Source of the DNA: Longimicrobiales bacterium
Lineage (GTDB): Bacteria; Gemmatimonadota; Gemmatimonadetes; Longimicrobiales; Gaopeijiaceae
Assembly: GCA_965226375.1 (NCBI GenBank)
Contig: CBDDCX010000005.1
Span: 96,001-160,000 of the forward strand
Direction of reading: 5' to 3'
Length of the DNA: 64,000 bases
Position numbers and translations under genes: made by a program. Positions 58,554-64,000 of the stretch are shown piece after piece. Under the pieces are notes generated by a model. That model ran no database searches. It was not told where the DNA came from and saw only the letters and a list, made by a program, of their open reading frames with translations. The stretch's first letter is position 1; each line of letters begins with the position of its first letter.

Positions 58554-59009
58554 GTGGGATTCCGGCGTCGTTCCGCACTTCTGACTTTTCTGTGTGTCCT
58601 GGGATGCGGAGACGACCCCTCCGGTCCGGCCGCGACGATGGCCACTGTCCGGTTCGTTTACATGGCTTCGACGACGACTGATCCGGGAGTCGAGACGGCG
58701 TTCCCCGATTGCGTCCAAGGCGTATCCGCGACCCATATCCATCCGGGATGGAGGGGCTTCAACGCGGTCTTCATGACGGCGATGGGGGACGATCGTTGGG
58801 AGATCACGTTTTCCGACGTGCCCGTGGGTGAGGAGCAACGCGTACGGGTCAGCGATCCCAACACGTGTGCCCTAAACCCTACCGGCGCGAGCACCGACGG
58901 CGTGTTCGCCAACGGCACTCTGTTGGTCCGCGTCGTGGATACTCCGGGGAGCGGCGTGGAGCCCGGTCTGTCCTTTCAGGTCTCGACAGACGGTACTGTA
59001 CGGCCGTAG
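58554..59009 (+). CDS. Putative lipoprotein
   Basis: MGFRRRSALLTFLCVLGC signal followed by a beta-rich domain; AGAGG RBS. Confidence 0.65.
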   Translation: MGFRRRSALLTFLCVLGCGDDPSGPAATMATVRFVYMASTTTDPGVETAFPDCVQGVSATHIHPGWRGFNAVFMTAMGDDRWEITFSDVPVGEEQRVRVSDPNTCALNPTGASTDGVFANGTLLVRVVDTPGSGVEPGLSFQVSTDGTVRP

Positions 59010-59058
59010 ACGCATCGGTGGGGGTAGCCCGTCGTGCCCCGTTGCTCCGACAGGGGTC

Positions 59059-60974
59059 CTAGAGCCCGATCTCGGTCAGAAACTCGGAAATGCCGTCGAG
59101 CTGTGCGAGCCTCCAACTCTTGTGGTGCCTCAAGAACACCAGGGCGCCGATTCGCATCTCGGCCGCCTTGCGCAGCCGGGCCAGTGTCTCGTCGGTCCGC
59201 CCCAGAGCTGCGTACACCGACGCAAAGTCCAGGTGGAGAGCCACGTCGGCCTCTTCCCGCTCCCGTTCCTCGATGATGCCGAGGAGATCCTCGGCCTCCG
59301 ACGTGCACCCCACCATAGCTAGGGCGACCGCCAATGGAGTGATTCCACCCTTGGGGTGCGGCGTCAGCTCACGCACCTCCTCGAAGGTGGCGATCGCGTC
59401 CTCCATACGCCCCATCACCACGTACGTCCAGCCTTTGCCCTCGAGGGCGGCCCGGAACTCCGGGTCCAACTCCATGACCCGATCGAATTGGCCGAGGGCC
59501 TCGTCGAAATGGTCCATCGCCATGTGGGCTCGCCCCAGGTAGTCCCGCACCGGAAGGTTGAGGGGGTCGATGGTGACCGCCTTTTCCAGCACGTTAGCGG
59601 CTTCCTCGAACCGCCCCGCCGCACTGAGGTACATCGAATAGCTGTGTAATACGTCCACCGAATCCGGATTGATCGAGAGAGCCCGAAGGAAGGAAGCTTC
59701 CGCGCCGGGTAGGTCCCAGTCGTGGAAGAGTCGCACCAAGGCCAAGGCCACGTGCGAATCCTCGATGTCGGGGTTCAGTTCGATGGCCTTCTCGGCCGCG
59801 CTGCACGCGCACCCGTACGCTTCACCACAGTTGGTGAGCCGTCCCATGGCGGCAAGGAATGAGTGGCTGCGGGCCATCGCAGCCCACGCCTGCGCAAATT
59901 CGGGGTCCAGGTCGATGGCGTGCTGGAAGTGATCGACCCCCTGTCGCACCGCGTCGGGCGCCACTGATTCCAGCAGTACAAGCCCTTCAGATAAGAGTCG
60001 TATGCCTCCGCATTATCGGTGGGGGCGACGACGAGCGAGGGCTGCTGGCCATTCCCCGGTAGCGTTGCCCGGAGTTCGTTCGCGATCTCGAAGGAGATCT
60101 CGTCCTGCGTCTTGAAGATGTCTTCCAGGACTCGGTCGTACACCTTGGAAAAGATGTGGTAGCCATCTCGGGTGTCGACGAGCTGAGCGGTGATCCGGAC
60201 CCGGTTGCCGGCCTTGCGGACGCTTCCTTCCAGGACGGCGCTCACGCCCAGATCCCTTCCGATCTTTCTCACATCCTTGTTCTTCCCCTTGAACGCGAAC
60301 GAAGACGTGCGGGCCGTCACCTGGAGTCCCTCGACCCGTGTAAGAGCGTTGATGAGCTCCTCGGAGATGCCGTCGCTGAAGAACTCGTTCTCCGGATCGG
60401 CGCTCATATTGACGAAGGGGAGCACGGCGATGCTCCTCTTATTGTCTACTGGGGCCTTCATCCGCTTCGGATCGGGCACCACCAACCCGGGGGCCGAGAC
60501 CGCGAAGATCCGTATGGGTCGCTTGACGTTCTTCAGCTCGAACTGGCCCAACGCCTGGGCGGGCAGCTCCGGGTGGTTCTTGATCTCGTCGAATACCTTG
60601 CCCGATATGAGCACCGCCCCCGGGACCGACAGATCTTGGATGCGCGACGCGACATTGACGCCGTCACCGTATACGCCGTCCTCATCGTGGTTGATGTCTC
60701 CGATGTGGATTCCGACCCGCACGGGAATCGGATCACCCTCACGGAGCTGGCGTTGGGCCGCCACGGCTGCGTGCACCCCCTCGATCGCGCTCTCGAAAAC
60801 GCTGAGCGTTCCGTCACCGTAGCACTGGACGATCTCGCCACCATGCGCTTCGATCGACTCGCGCAGCGCGGCGCGATGCCGGTCCCGGATGCTCTTCGCC
60901 CGATGCTCGTCTTCCTGCATCAGGGCGGTAAAGCCCACCATGTCGGTGAACATGATGGCCGCGAGTCGTCGCAT
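59059..60974 (-). CDS. Class III nucleotidyl cyclase + TolB-like + TPR protein (frameshift near 59962)
   Basis: IMFTDMVG, GDG and GDGVNVASRI; SIAVLPFVNMS...EGSVRKAGNRVRITAQL; TPRs continue in ORF 59059..59964. Confidence 0.88.
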
Positions 60975-61110
60975 GTGTGGCCGTCCTCCGGTGTGCTGCA
61001 AGTGGGTGAGCATAAACCCTCCAACCCCTTGCATGGTGCCTACGAAATCGGGTCATCGGTAGATTCGGCAAGGCCCTCTGCGCGACCCGCTCTATTCCTT
61101 CAACAACCTC

Positions 61111-61536
61111 CTAGTCGATTCCGACCTGTCGCTGAAGCCATCGAACATAGGCCGTGATCTCCTGGATCATCGCCTCGGTGACCTGCGGGAGGGGCTTCAT
61201 GTCCCCAAACCTCCAGTGGTGAGATCGCACGCCGATCTTCACGGCCAGCATGAAGGCCGCATCGGCGTGGTGCCTCGGCTCATAGATCGTGTGTGCCAAC
61301 GGCGGGCCCAGCGCGGTGCCGTCGGCGGCGGGTCCATGGCAGACACTGCAGTTCTGCCCGAACAACTCCTTGCCCTGGGCTAACTCGTCCGGTGCGTTGG
61401 CTGCGGCCTGCAGAAGCAGCGCCTGGACTTCGTCGACAAGGGTGCCGCCGGCCGACTCGCCGCCGCCCTGGCACGCCCCGGTCACCGCGGCCGCGGCCAC
61501 GCTGGCCGCCACACGTAACATCTGCGGTCTACTCAT
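61111..61536 (-). CDS. Monoheme cytochrome c lipoprotein
   Basis: TGAC lipobox-like signal, CSVCH heme motif, GPPL and GDMKP. Confidence 0.88.
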   Translation of the reverse strand: MSRPQMLRVAASVAAAAVTGACQGGGESAGGTLVDEVQALLLQAAANAPDELAQGKELFGQNCSVCHGPAADGTALGPPLAHTIYEPRHHADAAFMLAVKIGVRSHHWRFGDMKPLPQVTEAMIQEITAYVRWLQRQVGID

Positions 61537-62573
61537 AAGTATCGCCGCACGGCGAGATCCACCTTCTCGAGCACCATCTCGGTGGTGATGCGTTGCATCC
61601 CTTCGCGGTACTCCATCGAGATAGGATACTCCTCACCCGGAAATTCGGCGTACCCGTCCACCACCAGATCATAATAGCGCCGGTACGGTCCGGTCCTCTT
61701 GGGGTTCGTATAGCCGTACAGACCCACGACGGGAGTCTCCAGTGCTCGACTGATGTGGAGGGGCCCCGTATCGGGACTTACCGTGAGGGCGCTACCGTCC
61801 AACAGGTAGATCGCCTTTCTGAGATCGTTGCCGAGGGTGTCCACCGGGTGGGCTCTTGTGCGTTCGATAATGCGGTCGGCCATGTCCCGCTCCACGGGCG
61901 ATGGACCACCCACGAGGATGGGCTGAAGCCCGTGCGTGAACTCGAGCTCCTCCATCACTTGGGCGTAACCCTCGACCGTCCAGTTCTTGGCGGGCCTGCT
62001 GGTCCCGACCACCACGGCACACGCCGGCCTGTCGAGGGTGTCGAAGAAATCGGCCTGAGCCTCGCGCTCCTCGTCGGAGAAGTGGATGCCCCACTCGACC
62101 GGCTCCGGATCGACGCCCAGATGCTGCACGAACTCGAGGTACTGGGCCTGTACGTGCTGCGGCGTGTGGGCGGGGATCCGCTCGTTGGTGAAGAGCCAGT
62201 TGGCATCCCGTGCCCGGGCATTATCGAACCCGATCTTTCGCTTGGCAGGGAGCATCCCCGTGATCAGGCCGGCCTTGAAATACACCTGCAGCGCCAGCGC
62301 GACATCGAAGCGACGGTCCTTGAGGTGGTGGCCCAGCTCGGCAAAGCCTGCCCACGAGCCGACGCCGCGTTGGCGGTTGTAGGGGATGAGCTCGTCGACC
62401 GCCGGATGTCCCTCCGCAAGGATCTTCGCACCGGGCTGGACGATCCAGGAGATCTTCGTCTCGGGCAATGCGCGCTTCAGCGCGTTCGCAACCGGCAAGA
62501 CGTGGACGGCGTCGCCGATGGCGCTCAACATCACGATGCACACGGACTGTGGCGGATCGGTGTCCCGCGTCAT
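61533..62573 (-). CDS. Glycosyltransferase family 9 (LPS heptosyltransferase-like)
   Basis: LSAIGDAVH, KNW and SPDTGPLHI. Confidence 0.92.
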   Translation of the reverse strand: MTRDTDPPQSVCIVMLSAIGDAVHVLPVANALKRALPETKISWIVQPGAKILAEGHPAVDELIPYNRQRGVGSWAGFAELGHHLKDRRFDVALALQVYFKAGLITGMLPAKRKIGFDNARARDANWLFTNERIPAHTPQHVQAQYLEFVQHLGVDPEPVEWGIHFSDEEREAQADFFDTLDRPACAVVVGTSRPAKNWTVEGYAQVMEELEFTHGLQPILVGGPSPVERDMADRIIERTRAHPVDTLGNDLRKAIYLLDGSALTVSPDTGPLHISRALETPVVGLYGYTNPKRTGPYRRYYDLVVDGYAEFPGEEYPISMEYREGMQRITTEMVLEKVDLAVRRYL

Positions 62574-62589
62574 GACTCGTGCGCCCAGA

Positions 62590-63390
62590 TCATGATGCAT
62601 CCGGGCCTTTCAGAATGATCTCCATCTCCTCATCACTCAGGCCTCCTGAGCGCGTGCGCTCGAGCTTTCGGATCGAGCGAGCGAGACGTCGACGCAGCCG
62701 TTCGCCGTCGCCGGGCCTCGACGAGCCAGACACGGCACACCGATCCAGGTCGAGTACGATAGCCTCCATCCCCTGCGAGGTCGGCGCCAGCAGAATGTTG
62801 CGAGCGTTGAGGTCCGGATGCCGTACTCCGTGTGCCACCAGGCTGGCCACCAGTCGGTGAGTGCCCGCCAGGGCCAGGGCTCGGGTGTCGGCGTCGGAAG
62901 GGGGAATGGAGAAGTCCGAAGTGCCGAGCAGGACATCCGCCAGCTCTCGTGCGTCATAGACGAATTCGGTGATCAGGTCGGCCCGGTAGAACGGCCCGGA
63001 CGGGTAGACCGCCGCTGCCACCACTCGTGGCGACGGGATCCCCAACTCTCTCGCTCGTACGCTGCTCTCCAGCTCCCGGAGGCTACGCGGCGTTCCCAAA
63101 CGGAGAAAGCGATCGGCCAGGAAGCGCATTCCCCCTCCTCTCCGGTAACGACGAACCACCCAGGCGGGGCCTTCCTCACTCGATGGATTCAGCATCACGG
63201 GGATGCTTCCTCGACCCTGAAGCCGAATGGTCGCGTTCTCCGAGGCCGCGGCGTGTAGTGACCCGTGCCGGCTCAAGGCCTCCCTGCTCCACGCCAGAGC
63301 CCGCGGCCGAGCGACGATCAGTGCTCCCCCCACCCGGGCGGACTCGAAGCCCGGGACGGTAAGTTCCCGGTACAGCACCGTCCCCCTCAC
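62590..63390 (-). CDS. kdkA: Kdo kinase-like LPS kinase
   Basis: GRG, VVRRYRRGG, HPDLNARNIL, LDLDR and RRLARS. Confidence 0.75.
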   Translation of the reverse strand: MRGTVLYRELTVPGFESARVGGALIVARPRALAWSREALSRHGSLHAAASENATIRLQGRGSIPVMLNPSSEEGPAWVVRRYRRGGGMRFLADRFLRLGTPRSLRELESSVRARELGIPSPRVVAAAVYPSGPFYRADLITEFVYDARELADVLLGTSDFSIPPSDADTRALALAGTHRLVASLVAHGVRHPDLNARNILLAPTSQGMEAIVLDLDRCAVSGSSRPGDGERLRRRLARSIRKLERTRSGGLSDEEMEIILKGPDAS

Positions 63391-64000
63391 GCCGCACCCA
63401 CGCCGTACGCTTGCTCCGCAACCCGGACACGCTCGATGACGTCCGCCACCGTGATGCGCTCCATCCGCCCCTGGCGCGCCTCGTACCGTGAGGCGTCAGG
63501 TGTCTCGCCTGACTCGGAGTATCGATCTATCACCAGATTGTGAAAGCGCTCATAGGGACCCACCCGCCAAGGGTTGGTATGCCCGAAAAGACCCACCACC
63601 GGTCCTCTGAGGGCGTGGGCGATATGAAGCGCGCCCGTGTCGGGGCTGATCACCAGATCGCAACCTCGGATGCTCCAGATCAAGCGCCGCACCGAATCGG
63701 AGAGGCCCCAGACGGGCGTTCCGCGTCCCTGATCCACGACGACGCGCGCGGCCTTCTGGTCGGCATCTCCCGGCCCCCCCAGGAGCAGCACGGTATAGCC
63801 GAAATCCTCCTCCAGTGTGTCAGCCAAGGCGGTGTAGCGATCGACCGGCCGATCCTTCTTTGCGTTGGCCGTTGCGAGCACCAGCCCGACCACCGGCGGA
63901 TCCCCGACTTGAGCGAAGAACCCGGCAGCCTCCTTCTCCTCTTCGTCGGAAAGAGTGAGACCCCACTGCAACGGGTTGGGCTGATCGATGCCCACCGTAT
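63387..64000 (-). CDS. Glycosyltransferase family 9 (5'-partial)
   Basis: SPDTGALHIA and GLFGHTNPWRVGPY; paralogous to 61533..62573 and open to the window edge. Confidence 0.88.
   Translation of the reverse strand, partial: TVGIDQPNPLQWGLTLSDEEEKEAAGFFAQVGDPPVVGLVLATANAKKDRPVDRYTALADTLEEDFGYTVLLLGGPGDADQKAARVVVDQGRGTPVWGLSDSVRRLIWSIRGCDLVISPDTGALHIAHALRGPVVGLFGHTNPWRVGPYERFHNLVIDRYSESGETPDASRYEARQGRMERITVADVIERVRVAEQAYGVGAA

Overview
A GC-rich, gene-dense bacterial chromosomal window, mostly housekeeping. Gene content (PorV-like barrel, PorX-like REC-PglZ regulator, DUF5916 barrel, cyclase-TolB-TPR protein, LPS genes) suggests a diderm FCB-group organism, probably Gemmatimonadota; this is inference only. 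Core genes include infA, hup, an AspC-type aminotransferase, a DEAD-box helicase, ilvA, apaG, typA, serA, cyoE, hemQ/chdC and an LPS cluster (msbA, LpxL-like, GT2/GT4/GT9, Kdo kinase-like). Mobile DNA: one complete IS256 with an 8-bp target duplication, a scrambled IS3-type insertion in a DmpA peptidase gene, and two MITE-like elements. Most interesting: (i) a Tat-less, RdhB-less reductive dehalogenase homologue between two converging LPS gene blocks; (ii) an operon pairing a catalytically dead DEAD-box/DbpA-domain protein with a cysteine-free DsbA-fold protein; (iii) a 274-bp structured element with two matching motif modules on opposite strands; (iv) a GGA-rich candidate sRNA split by the IS256; (v) a structured hup leader; (vi) a DUF1326-DUF2182 cassette flanked by a diverged direct repeat. 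About eight single-base frameshifts all fall at short homopolymers and are probably long-read errors. No rRNA, tRNA or CRISPR array was seen. All family assignments come from motif recognition by eye, not from database searches.
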